A DNA stretch of 64,000 nt from Geosiphon pyriformis uo1 (lineage: Eukaryota; Fungi; Glomeromycota). Made by a program: the position numbers and the translations under genes. Numbering within the stretch: the first letter of the stretch is position 1; every line of letters begins with the position of its first letter. The stretch spans positions 65,924 through 129,923 of the forward strand of contig JAAOMT010000222.1 in the NCBI GenBank assembly GCA_016748015.1. The letters run 5' to 3'. Of the stretch, positions 1 through 11,847 are shown in pieces. The notes below the pieces were generated by a model. That model searched no databases. It had not been told where the DNA came from and worked only from the letters and a program-made list of their open reading frames with translations.

Positions 1-620
1 TCATAAACCTCCTGGATCTGGAACAATTCCATGAACACTACCAAGAATTAGCACCCACAAGGGAAGAACAAGAACAATGGTTAGAGCAGTTGAACACTCA
101 ACTATGTCAACACTGCCTAATTCCCTGTGACTTCCAGTATTGTGATAAGTGTGACCTTATTTACAATCCACCACCATGCATGATCTATATGATCCCGGAA
201 GAGGAAGAACCAATTAGCAGCTGCACATCAGAATCAGAATTGCCAATCAATCGTGATTCAAACTCTGACAATGACAATGACAACAAATGGCAATGACAAT
301 GGCAATAATTCTAACTCAGAAACAAACTCCGATTTAAACTATGAACAATACATTGCACTACCAGATCTCTCCAAGGAACAAGAGTTGAAATGGTATAGTG
401 ACAATGAGGAAGGTATTATGCCAGAACGTGTGCATAATACTGATGCAGGGTTTGATCTGAGATATCCAGGAAAAAATGCCATCAAATTGGAACCACATTC
501 ATGCACCTGCATTGATCTGAAAATAGCACTAGAAATTCTGGCAACAACAATGGTTCAATTAGCATCTAGGAGTAGTTTAGCGAAAAGAGGGATTAATATA
601 AGAGGAGGAATAATTGACAC
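1..620 (+). pseudogene. Gypsy family A copy A1, 5' piece of pol: end of Cys-rich domain and N-half of dUTPase, interrupted by an LTR
   Basis: ORFs 90-296 (LCQHCLIPCDFQYCDKC) and 253-633 (DAGFDLRYP, ASRSSL, GGIID = dUTPase motifs 1-3). The frame runs into TGTTAC at 621. The continuation (DAGYVENII...) is on the minus strand from 27731. Confidence 0.85.
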
Positions 621-1600
621 TGTTACCAAATGAAATTAGAGATATTATTTAGCATGAAATTATCTTATAATTCTTATCATTAATTAGCATATATTATCAT
701 TTCAAATAATTACTTATTACATTAGCAAAAATGTCCGAAATTATCATTTAATTAATAACCCAAATTGTACACAACACAAATGTAACCTAATTGTGATGAT
801 TAATCATGCAATACCCCGAACTATGTAACATTCAAAAAGTTTGCCAAAATTTGTAGAAATTCACCGAAATAATTGATAGTTCACCAAAATATCTAATAGT
901 TCACTGAAATAACTTATAGTTTGCCAAAATGTATCTTTAGTTCAGCAAAATTTTAGAAAATAGCAAAGTTCAAGTTCATAAAATAGTGTTACAACAAGTT
1001 GTATAAAAGAAGAGCTTCTCTCTTCAAGAAAATGTATCTCACTTTAGATTTATCTCTTAAAACCGTTCCTATACACACAAAAAGAAATAAATATCAAATA
1101 ATTCAAAAAACCAAATTCTTTAATTATTGTACTTGGAAAATCCCCAAAACCCAACTAATATTTCGAAATTGATTAGCTACCAATTTCAGTAAACTGTTAG
1201 TGACTCCAGGCCTGGATAGAAAATGTTTCCTTTGATAAGATCCTATTTCTTTTACACTTCTTTTATTTTTCTTTCTTTTCTTATTACAATCATTAAGGTA
1301 GCCTACAGACGAGATTCCTGTAGAAGAGTTAACTTTCACAGCAAAGTAACTACACATTTTTAGTGAGCTTCCAGACGAGCAATTCCTGGGAAAGAGTTGA
1401 TGTTTACTACAATGTAACTACATAAAGCAACTGGCATGGAATTGGCCATTCCACTCATAAGTCCAGCAAGTTCAAATTATAGGAGATAATTTGAAGATAA
1501 ATTCAGTTACTGGAGGTTCAACCACATCTAGAAAACGTGAATTTACAGCAAATAAGTATCAACAACATTACAGAAAAGAGACCAAAAACCTCCAGTAACA
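621..1600 (+). repeat. Solo-type LTR of family B (980 bp)
   Basis: TGTTAC...GTAACA termini. Near-identical reverse complement of 27732-28711 and 36610-37272. TATA-like TGTATAAAAG near 1000 and short TTC(G/A)CC(G/A)AAAT repeats at ~840-950. Confidence 0.95.
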
Positions 1601-3918
1601 ACATGTATTAGTTATATAATAGAATGGAAATTGGTTGATAAATAGAGATAATTTCTCTCTTGTCAACAATTTTTTTTTTGCCATATTAACTGATATGTCT
1701 ATTCTACTCATTGATCCAAATTTCTGTATCCCTTTAGCTGTAATTCCTAATTCTTCTCTGTTTTTCACTGATACTAATTGAGCTATTTTAACCAAAGGCA
1801 GGAATATTGCCTGTGTTATCTTTTCATTTGGCTCTATGATATAGGCTTTTTCTGAGTTATTTTGTAGCATTACAATGATATTTTTTATATATTCTGCATC
1901 AATTATTCCTCCTTTGATGTTAATTCTCTTTTTTGCTAAACTACTTCTAAATGCTAATTAGACTATTGTTGTTGCTGAGATTTCCAATATTACTTTGAGA
2001 TCAATGCATGTGCATGAATATGGTTCCAATTTGATGACATTTTTTCCTGGATATCTTAGATTAAATCTGGCATTAGTATTATATGCACATTCTGGCATAA
2101 TACTTTTATTGTTGTTACTAAACCATCTGAATTCCTGCTCTTTGGAGAGATCAAGAAGCACTATGTATTGTTCAAAGTTTGAATCTGAGTTCGAATTGTT
2201 GGTATTGTTGTTGTCAATTTGCATAGAAGTGGAACTGTTGTTTTTGTTGTCATTGTTAGAGTTTGAATTGGAATTGAAAATTGATTTTGATTCTGATGTG
2301 CAGCTGCTAATTGGTTCATCTTTCTCTGAAATTGTGTAGATTATGTGTGATGGTGGATTGTAAATGAGATTATACTCATTACAATATTGAAAATTATATA
2401 AAATCAAATAATAGTTACATAGTTAGATGTTTATTTCTTCCAAATGCTGTTCCTGCTCTTTTTTTGTTGATGCCAAATTTTGATAGTGCTTATGAAACTC
2501 TTTTGGGCCTGTTTTTATGTCGAGAAAAACATCAAGGTTTAGAAAGAAGATAATATTAACTGGTTCTGAAGAATTATTTTTGATTTCCAATATTTTGTTG
2601 AGCATGACTTCTTTGACTTTGGCATTTACTATTTGCCAGATTTCATTCTCATCATGTGGGTAACTGTTCAAACAAGTTATTGTTCAATGCCAGACTGCAG
2701 TAATAGGAGTGCCATAACTGATTCAGTTACTTATGAGAATTGTGTATTGGCATGAAGCATCACATGTTTCTCCTTAACCAGAAATGTTGTTTCACATTTC
2801 TTTGTCAAGCAACTGTTCTTCACAAGTGAGACATAATTTGTTGTCCTACTTGTCTTATCATTTTGGATAGCCATACTATTTTCTGTGACATGGCTTGCAG
2901 TAATAATAGGTTTGCATTCAGTAATCTTCATCTGGCATGATCCAAGCTTCCATGGAAGACAATTTTTTCTTATAGTCTTTACACCTAAGTGGAATATGAG
3001 GTGGTTCTGGCCTAGTATCAGTGGAGTATAAAATTTTCCAATCACTAGTTTCTGTGTTGTCATTGGTCTCCTCCAGTATGTCTTTTTCCTTTTTTTTCTC
3101 TTTTTCTTTGTTTTTTTTTTCCCCAGTCTAGAATTGGTGGTAGTTTATTGTAGTTGTTATTGGCCCAAAAAACTTGATAGGCTTCCCAGATAGGTTTTCT
3201 TTCTTCTTTTTCTAATTCAATGAGTGGCTTGTTGTTGATCATGGTTTTGAAGTAACCACAAGTGGCTGGCACTCATGTGTGGTGGCTGTCTTGACTGAGC
3301 TGCAATTCTTGAGTGTTCCAGTCAAGTATGGCATTGGTTTTGAACAGCTAGTTGTTCCCAATAAGAGCTTAGTACTAAGTTGCTTCTATTACTAATATTT
3401 TGATTGGTATTATGATGCTGTTGACTTCAAATGGGAAGTTGTCTATTTCACCAATTGGAGTTTTGGTTACTCTATTAGTGATTATAATTCTAGTGCTGGC
3501 AGCATGATCAACTCAACAACTTAATTGGTCCATAAGTTGTTATGTGATAATGCTGCCTGCTAATCCACTGTTTAGAATCAGTTTAATGTGCTGCCCATTA
3601 ACTTTAGCATCAATATACATTGCAGTGATGAGTTTTGATTCTAGAACAGCTCTATTGAATAGTGGTATTTTAACTGGTTCTTTGAGTTCAAAAAAGAAGA
3701 TAATGATAAGTGATTCATTCTTAGTAATGATTGCTGGCAGTATATTGTTAGTAAGTGACTGCTTTTGCTTGGTTTCCAAGTGGTTGGATGTGGTGTTTTC
3801 TAAAGTTATCAAGAGACTTAAATAGTTCTGAGAATTCAGATTCTGAGTGTACCCAGTTTCTAAACTCTACTGTCATAATTCCGATAGTTGGTTGAAAAAA
3901 CTGGGGATTAGTTAATGG

Positions 3919-4298
3919 TGTTATGGTTTAAGAATTTAGCAAAAAGAATTATAAAAATAATACAAACTATTCAATCATAATATAGCACAGTAATAATCTT
4001 AGAAAGGTAATGATTAACATAGTAGCAACCACCATCTCGCGATAGTGGCAAGCACCAGTTCACAATAGCAGCCAACACCAACTGGTGATAGCAGCAAACA
4101 CCAGATTGAAATATCAAAAAAAAAAAAAAAGTATTACAATGTGTTTTCTCGTAGAACTACAAACATGTATATATACAGTAGTTTTAATATTGGGAAATAA
4201 TCAATCAAGTAATAAAAATCATAACTTATCAAGCAATAGATCCAATTTTATCCAACAAACTCCACTTTAAATCATACTTTCAAATTAAATATCCCAAA
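3919..4298 (+). repeat. 5' LTR of element C (cut short by an assembly gap)
   Basis: Matches 12529-12638 and 12884-12920. The 20-N gap at 4299-4318 hides the remainder and the PBS. Confidence 0.9.
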
Positions 4299-4382
4299 NN
4301 NNNNNNNNNNNNNNNNNNAAGAAAATCAAAAAAAGGAAATAATAATTAGCAATAATTCATTGCTAAAAAGGAAGAGACAAAA

Positions 4383-6050
4383 GTGGTGACAAAAACCCCT
4401 AATCTTACTGTTCTTGAATTCTGCCATGCTATTTACACACAAAATCAAAGTGATCTTGAATTACCAGAAGGGTGTTGTTCAGCAGAATCTGCCCTCACTT
4501 ATTATATCAATGCCAGAATAAATTATCATATAGGAAAGGAAGAAGAACCACACGACGCAAAACTTGGATTGTATAGAGAATTATCACAATACACTACAAA
4601 AGAAGTAGCAGTAATAGCCACAACTATTGTCAAAATCCATCGAGAAATTGAGCAATACGCCAACAAAAATTTTCCAATATCTACAGGAAACATTAGGGAA
4701 TGTGCCAACAAAACCAAAAAAAATTTAGAAACTAATCAGAAAAGTAACCAGCAAAAACTAGGAACACCAGCTCAAACACCAAAGAAAACTGTCACTCAAT
4801 CAATAAAGAAACAACGTATTTATTCACCAGAAGATAAATCATACCATTTTTCACCAGAAAATAAGATACAAATTCCATTAGGAGCTGCATCATCATCAAC
4901 ATCAACTCCACAAACACCAAGAACTCCTAGTTATACTGATAAATTTAAACAACGTAACTGGGGAGACATACCAATTACAGGAGGATATTCATCACTATTC
5001 CAAAACCCTCTTTTTCAGCCAAAATTTAGAACAGGGTTTGAAAACCGTGAAGAGGAGTCTGAATCGGAATCCGAAAAAGAAACCAGCGAAAAAACAATCA
5101 CAAGACCAGTCACTGGAACAAACAGCCAGTCCAGAAACCAAGAAACTCGTGATCAAGAGGAAAAACTGGATATAAGGGAAACCACCTTTAGGAACACTCA
5201 AGGAAATATCATCCCACCTCCTCTTAGACCAATAAACCCACCAGCAGAAAATGGCAATGAAATGACCACACCATACATTGCAAGACTAACAGATTTCTCA
5301 GGAGAGGAAAAAGAAACGGACGTGTACACATGGCTTAGAGAAGCACAAAAAGCCATCCAGGCAAATAACTGGAACGACCAAAGAGCAATTCAAACATTAC
5401 CTTTCTTCCTGAAAGGCACAGCTGACTTGTGGTATCAAAGCCTGGAAACAAAACCCACGAGCTTTGCCGAATTTAAAAATACACTCCTGGAGTATTTTAG
5501 CGACCCAAACACTGTAATCCAACTACAGAACGAATTCAATACTATCAAGCAAAATACTGGTGAAACTGTCACCCAATACCTTGCTCGATTCAATCGAATT
5601 TGCCATCAGATTGAAATGATTAAACAAGGATACTACACTGATTCTCAGGTTTTAAATCAGTTTATTAGAGGATTAAAAAGCAGCATTTTAGGAAAAGTAC
5701 ATCCTGCCCACCCTAATTCCTTACCAGAAGCCGTTACACTTACCAGAGCCCTTGAATCGGCTGAGAAAGAAGCTAACTATAGTCAAATGGTTAACATGGT
5801 AATGGAAGAAAATAAGACAGAAACATTAAAGAAAAGAGTAATGCGATTAGGAGAGGAACTCTCTAAGAAAATAGAAAGTTACCTCATCCCGGATCTGAGA
5901 AAAAATACATACCAACCACTCCAAAGATGCAGCCAGAAAGTCAGCAACAGTCGAAATAATCGCTCATCGTGCCAAGAATTCAGAACAGAAATACATGCCT
6001 GTCATTTTTGCAAACACGTAGGACATTTGATTAGTCAATGTCGAACGTGA
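4383..6050 (+). CDS. gag: Gag of element C (N-terminal extension, retrotransposon capsid, CCHC zinc knuckle)
   Basis: 555-aa ORF with WLREAQKAIQANNW, FLKGTADLWY, QFIRGL and CHFCKHVGHLISQC (CX2CX4HX4C). The terminal TGA is probably CGA>TGA because the same frame resumes at 6171. Confidence 0.9.
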   Translation: MVTKTPNLTVLEFCHAIYTQNQSDLELPEGCCSAESALTYYINARINYHIGKEEEPHDAKLGLYRELSQYTTKEVAVIATTIVKIHREIEQYANKNFPISTGNIRECANKTKKNLETNQKSNQQKLGTPAQTPKKTVTQSIKKQRIYSPEDKSYHFSPENKIQIPLGAASSSTSTPQTPRTPSYTDKFKQRNWGDIPITGGYSSLFQNPLFQPKFRTGFENREEESESESEKETSEKTITRPVTGTNSQSRNQETRDQEEKLDIRETTFRNTQGNIIPPPLRPINPPAENGNEMTTPYIARLTDFSGEEKETDVYTWLREAQKAIQANNWNDQRAIQTLPFFLKGTADLWYQSLETKPTSFAEFKNTLLEYFSDPNTVIQLQNEFNTIKQNTGETVTQYLARFNRICHQIEMIKQGYYTDSQVLNQFIRGLKSSILGKVHPAHPNSLPEAVTLTRALESAEKEANYSQMVNMVMEENKTETLKKRVMRLGEELSKKIESYLIPDLRKNTYQPLQRCSQKVSNSRNNRSSCQEFRTEIHACHFCKHVGHLISQCRT

Positions 6051-9000
6051 ATGATGTAGAAAGCATGCGAAAATAATTACTATGTGCCACCCCAAATGCC
6101 CAGAAACCAGTACATGCCAATACCACACCAATATCCCACCACGTATCATAATCATTACTAGCAACAGCCCATGATAGCCAACCCGAATTGGAGTCCCGAG
6201 GCCCAAAATCAGCCCATGTGGAACCAGAATGCGTTGGTCCAGAGGAATCCAAACCGCACTGGAACCAATCAGCAAACCAATCCAAACTACCAAAATTATC
6301 AACAAACTTACCTTAATATACCAGAAAACTTGATTATCAGAAACAATGACAGTAGAAACATAAACAGAACCAAGAATTCCTCCAAATTGAGCCAGACAAT
6401 ACCACCAGCAGTTGCCACCGAAGATAGCAGCCTCGCAGCTATTTTTCCTTTTGAATTAGAGGAAAACGAGGCTATGTTCAGTGGAGCAGCATTGGATGAA
6501 AANNNNNNNNNNNNNNNNNNNNGCGTTGGTCCAGAGGAATCCAAACCGCACTGGAACCAATCAGCAAACCAATCCAAACTACCAAAATTATCAACAAACT
6601 TACCTTAATATACCAGAAAACTTGATTATCAGAAACAATGACAGTAGAAACATAAACAGAACCAAGAATTCCTCCAAATTGAGCCAGACAATACCACCAG
6701 CAGTTGCCACCGAAGATAGCAGCCTCGCAGCTATTTTTCCTTTTGAATTAGAGGAAAACGAGGCTATGTTCAGTGGAGCAGCATTGGATGAAAAACGCCC
6801 AATCACTGCTATATATATGAAAGCCACTGTAAACAATACCCCAATCAAACTTATCTTAGACAGTGGATCCGCTGAAAGCATCATAATGCTTCAACTAGTA
6901 AACCAACTGGGTTTCAAAGTTGATCATGCCGCGACATCCCAAATCATAACAGCCAATGGAAGTACAAAGCTGCCTCATGGCGAAATCGACTTATTCCCTT
7001 TCAAAATTAACAGCATAGTAATACCTACAAAAGTATTAGTAATGGACGCTACATAATATCAAGTGTTAGTAGAGAATAACTGGCTAACAAAAGCCAATGC
7101 CACCCTAGACTGGACCACTCAAGAGCTTCTGATCAATTATAATGGCCACCAGGCCAAAATTCCAGCCACCTGTGGCCATTTCCAAAAACCCAGCGCCAAC
7201 CAAAGACCTATCTTTGAATTTGAGGAAAATTCAGCACTACCAGCCATCGAAACCTATTAGCTCTCTTGGGCTGATGACCAAAGAACAGGACTACCAGCCG
7301 TACCAATGTGGACCAGCAAAGAAAGATCCAAATAGAACCAGATAAGTTCATGAAGAAACCACCAGCGATGCAGACCAAAGCTAGAATGCTCAGTTTGCAA
7401 GAAGAAACTCTTGTCTATGACTGCATGCAGCGCACCAGATGAAGACCCAAGAAACCCCACCCACTACTATTGTAACCATTGTAACAAAGAAAAATACGGT
7501 TACCCAGAAAGACACGGAAAATGGGACGAGGAACTGTGCCTCACTTGTGGAGAACCATTACCAAGAAGATGCGACTAGAATGACATACCAGGCAGAGAAG
7601 GAACATGTGACGCAACTTGCCAATACACGATCCTCATCTGTAACTGGGTAAGAGAAGGAACGCCATTCGAAGCAGTGTTCAACAGAGCATTAAAAAGACT
7701 ACAGCACTACCCACACGACGAAGACAAGCTGTACAACACCGCACAAGCCAAAGTAAGAGGAGGAACCACTGAAGAAATACGATGTTGGAAAGAGTCAGCC
7801 GAAGTAGCCGACAAAGTCGCCAGCTACAATATGTTCGACCCAGTGGACGAATTCCAAGACTACTACCAACAACTATGCCCCACTCGACAAAAGCAAGAAC
7901 AATACCTTGCCCAAATCAACACTTACCTCTGCGAAAACTGTCTCATTCCATGCCAAAATCAGTGCTGTGAAGAGTGTCAAGACGAAAGAGACTTAGAAAG
8001 AAAAATGGAAATTGAGAATCAGCAATCTCAAAATCAATCAATAAATCAACAAGACTCATCTAACGGTCCCGAGTCAGAAAAATTTGTAGCCTATACTGAC
8101 CTAGAACAGGTAACCAACATCTGATACTTTGACAATGGGCACTTAGGAATAATACCCGAAAGAGCCCATTCAACCGACGCTGGATTTGATCTACGTTATC
8201 TGGAAGACCAATCCACAATGTTACCATCCAGGAGCATCACCAAAATCAACCTAAAAATAGTAGTTGAAATTCTGCCAGAAATAATGGTTCAAATGGCATC
8301 ACAATCAAGCCTCACGAAAAAAGGAATAAGCGTTCAAGGAGGAATAATTGACTCTGGATACACTGGAAATTTGATGGTTTTGCTACAGAACAATTCAGAA
8401 AAGCCTTATACCATTGAATCTAAAGAAAAAATTGCACAAGCAATTTTTCTACCATTGGTAAAAATTGGGAAATTCATGCCAGTGGAAAATCGTGAGGAAT
8501 TGTCACAAACAACGAGAGGAACTTTTGGTTTCGGATCGACAGGAAAAAGAATTGAAGCGAATTTCACTAAAACAATAGAGGAAAAAGGCAAAGTAATTAA
8601 AAATAAGCAGTCCATCACACTCCTACCATATGGAAAATCAGAAATAAGAATAAAAAGGACAATTAAAGAAAAAGACCTAATATTTGAGCCCTACCCAGAA
8701 ACTTGCCAACAGTTTCTTATAGGACTTACTAACCTTTTTATTCCAGCTGATAAAGCTCAATGGATAAAAATTTCTATCGCAAACACCACAGAAAACCCGT
8801 CTACATTCCGGAAGATACCATCATTGGATACCTTGGAATGGAGCTAGAAAACGCGTCAACATCACAAGAAATTCTAAATTTCTCAGAAATCGCCTTCTAC
8901 TGTGAACTCACTTCAATAAATTGGCAACAATCATTAGAATGCTATCAATTTATGCCAGAAGAATTGGCCAAATTAAACATTGGAACAATGGATCCTGACC

Positions 9001-10376
9001 AACAGCGACAATTAAAAGCATTAATTTTAAAATACTCTGATATATTTTCAAGAAATGGCGAATTTGGAAGAACCAACTTGGTTCAACACCAAATTCCCAC
9101 TAGAGACGCCAGACCTGAAAAACAACACACTTACCATGTTCCACTAATGGAGCATAATTTTATCAGAAAAGAAGTCCAAAGCATGTTGGAAAAAGGAATA
9201 ATACAACCATCAATGAGCCCATGGTTCTCACCAGTTGTTTTAGTAAGAAAAAAGAACGGAAAAATTAGATTTTGCATCAACTATCACAAACTAAACAGCA
9301 AAACAACCAAAGACTCATACCCAATATCATTAATTGACGAAATCTTTGACGTTTTTGGAGGAGCAAAATGGTTTTCTACACTGGACTTGACCAGTGGGTA
9401 TTGGCAAGTGGAAATGGACCCAAAAGACAGACATAAAACAGCATTCACAACACAAAATGGCAATTATGAGTTCAATGTAATGCCATTTGGATTAACAAAC
9501 GCTCCTGCAACATTCCAAAGACTAATGGACGTAATTTACTCTGGAATCCTGTGGCAATTCATTGTTGTCTACTTGGATGATACAAATGTTTTCTCGTCAA
9601 AATTCACGAATCATCTCCAATATTTACAACAAGTTTTTGAGAGATTGAGACACGCTGGACTTAAACTAAATCTAGAAAAATGTTTCTTTGGGAAAAATGA
9701 GCTAGCATTTTTAGGACACGTAGTTGGAAAAGATGGAATAAAACCAGATCCATCAAAAATAGACAAAGTGAAAAATTTTCCAGTACCTCGAAACGTTTCA
9801 GAAGTTAGAAGCTTTTTAAGACTCACATCTTACTACCGCTGCTTTGTAGAAAACTTTTCAAACATTGCCAAATCCTTTAATTACCTACTATCTAAAAATG
9901 TGAAGTTTGAATGGACTAAAGCACAACAAAAAGCTTTTGAGTACCTTAAACAAAAGCTCATTGAATTACCAATAATGATCTATTCAAATTTCAACAAGAA
10001 ATTCATTTTGGCCACAGATGCCTCTGGAACTGGACTTGGAGCCATTCTGTCACAAAAAGATAATAATGGAAGAGAACGTGTAATCACTTATGCCAGCAGA
10101 AGTCTCAGTATGGCAGAACAAAACTACGCAGCACATGAACTTGAATGCTTAGCAGTAGTCTGGAGTTGTGTTCACTTTGACACATATTTACAGTACCAAC
10201 TCTTTGAGATTATGACAGATCATAGAGGTCTGGTCTGGTTAAATAACAAGAAAGTGCTAAAAGGAAAATACGCCAGATGGTCACAAATGTTAGCACCATA
10301 CAATTATATTATCAAATACAAAGAAGATACCAAAAATGCTAATGTCGACTGTTTGTCAAGAATGAGACACACATAA
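6051..10376 (+). pseudogene. pol: pol portion of ORF1 of element C: aspartic protease, Cys-rich domain, dUTPase, RT, RNase H
   Basis: LILDSGS at ~6850. CxxC cluster at 7380-7990. dUTPase motifs DAGFDL, GGIIDSGYTG, KIAQAIF and RGTFGFGSTG at 8150-8550. RT motifs LDLTSGYWQ, MPFGLTNAPATFQ and YLDD (9570). RNase H ATDASG...ELECLA...TDH...NANVDCLSR. A few nonsense codons and one frameshift near 8795. Confidence 0.92.
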
Positions 10377-10405
10377 AAATTACCAACCCATCTGCCACAA
10401 CAACA

Positions 10406-11079
10406 ATGAACAACCACCTTTACAAAAACCTCAGCCAATACTTGGAAACACTACAAATAGACAAAAAAATGCCAGTAAAAGAGCTAATTAAGCTCCAAAA
10501 ATTAGCAAAACACTATTTCATCCAAAATCACATATTTTATTACCGGAATCGACAAAATCCAGATAATCCATTAAGAGTTATAACCACGGATGAAAAAGAA
10601 ACTATCTTATTTAACATGCACTCAGATATTCATTCAGGCCACTTTGGAAAAACAGCAACCATCCAACGTGCAACTAGCCATTACTATTGGCCAAAAATGA
10701 GTTCAGACATAATCCAATACATAAGAAATTGTGACCCATGCCAATGAAGAGAAGGAGCAAAAACAACGGAATTATTAAGACCAATAAAAGTTGGACAGCC
10801 ATTTGACAGAATCGGAATTGATTTAGTTGAACCCTTACCAATAACAACAAGAAACAACCATTATATTGCAGTAGTCATGGACTATCTCACCAAATGGCCA
10901 GAAGCTAGAGCTATTAAAACAGCTGATGCTATTTCCATAGCTCAATTTGTACATGAAGACTTAATTTGCCGACATGGATGTCCACAAGAATTGCTATCAG
11001 ATCAAGGCACACACTTTGTAAACAGCACCTTAAAAGAACTTAGCCAAAAATTTGGAATCAAGCGACCACTGTCATCACC
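10406..11079 (+). pseudogene. Integrase of element C (separate ORF; 3' part lost in the gap)
   Basis: HHCC zinc finger (HSDIHSGH...CDPCQ) and rve core IGIDLV, MDYLTKWPEA, LLSDQG. Own ATG at 10406, after the RNase H stop at 10374-10376. Confidence 0.9.
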
Positions 11080-11847
11080 NNNNNNNNNNNNNNNNNNNNN
11101 NNNNNNNNNNNNNNNNNNNNNNNNNNNNNNNNNNNNNNNNNNNNNNNNNNNNNNNNNNNNNNNNNNNNNNNNNNNNNNNNNNNNNNNNNNNNNNNNNNNN
11201 NNNNNNNNNNNNNNNNNNNNNNNNNNNNNNNNNNNNNNNNNNNNNNNNNNNNNNNNNNNNNNNNNNNNNNNNNNNNNNNNNNNNNNNNNNNNNNNNNNNN
11301 NNNNNNNNNNNNNNNNNNNNNNNNNNNNNNNNNNNNNNNNNNNNNNNNNNNNNNNNNNNNNNNNNNNNNNNNNNNNNNNNNNNNNNNNNNNNNNNNNNNN
11401 NNNNNNNNNNNNNNNNNNNNNNNNNNNNNNNNNNNNNNNNNNNNNNNNNNNNNNNNNNNNNNNNNNNNNNNNNNNNNNNNNNNNNNNNNNNNNNNNNNNN
11501 NNNNNNNNNNNNNNNNNNNNNNNNNNNNNNNNNNNNNNNNNNNNNNNNNNNNNNNNNNNNNNNNNNNNNNNNNNNNNNNNNNNNNNNNNNNNNNNNNNNN
11601 NNNNNNNNNNNNNNNNNNNNNNNNNNNNNNNNNNNNNNNNNNNNNNNNNNNNNNNNNNNNNNNNNNNNNNNNNNNNNNNNNNNNNNNNNNNNNNNNNNNN
11701 NNNNNNNNNNNNNNNNNNNNNNNNNNNNNNNNNNNNNNNNNNNNNNNNNNNNNNNNNNNNNNNNNNNNNNNNNNNNNNNNNNNNNNNNNNNNNNNNNNNN
11801 NNNNNNNNNNNNNNNNNNNNNNNNNNNNNNNNNTCAAAATTAAAACA

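Noticed and set aside
1124-1357. 77-84 aa ORF repeated at 27954-28208
   Set aside because: Antisense ORF inside near-identical LTR copies. Conservation only reflects LTR identity.
6231-6792. Exact ~270-bp direct duplication (6231-6502 repeated from 6523)
   Set aside because: The copies flank a 20-N gap, so this is an unmerged contig overlap. The apparent gag/pol frameshift here is artefactual.
8785-8805. Possible programmed -1 frameshift before RT in element C
   Set aside because: The same region is in frame in A1 and B and there is no canonical slippery heptamer. Most likely a 1-bp deletion.
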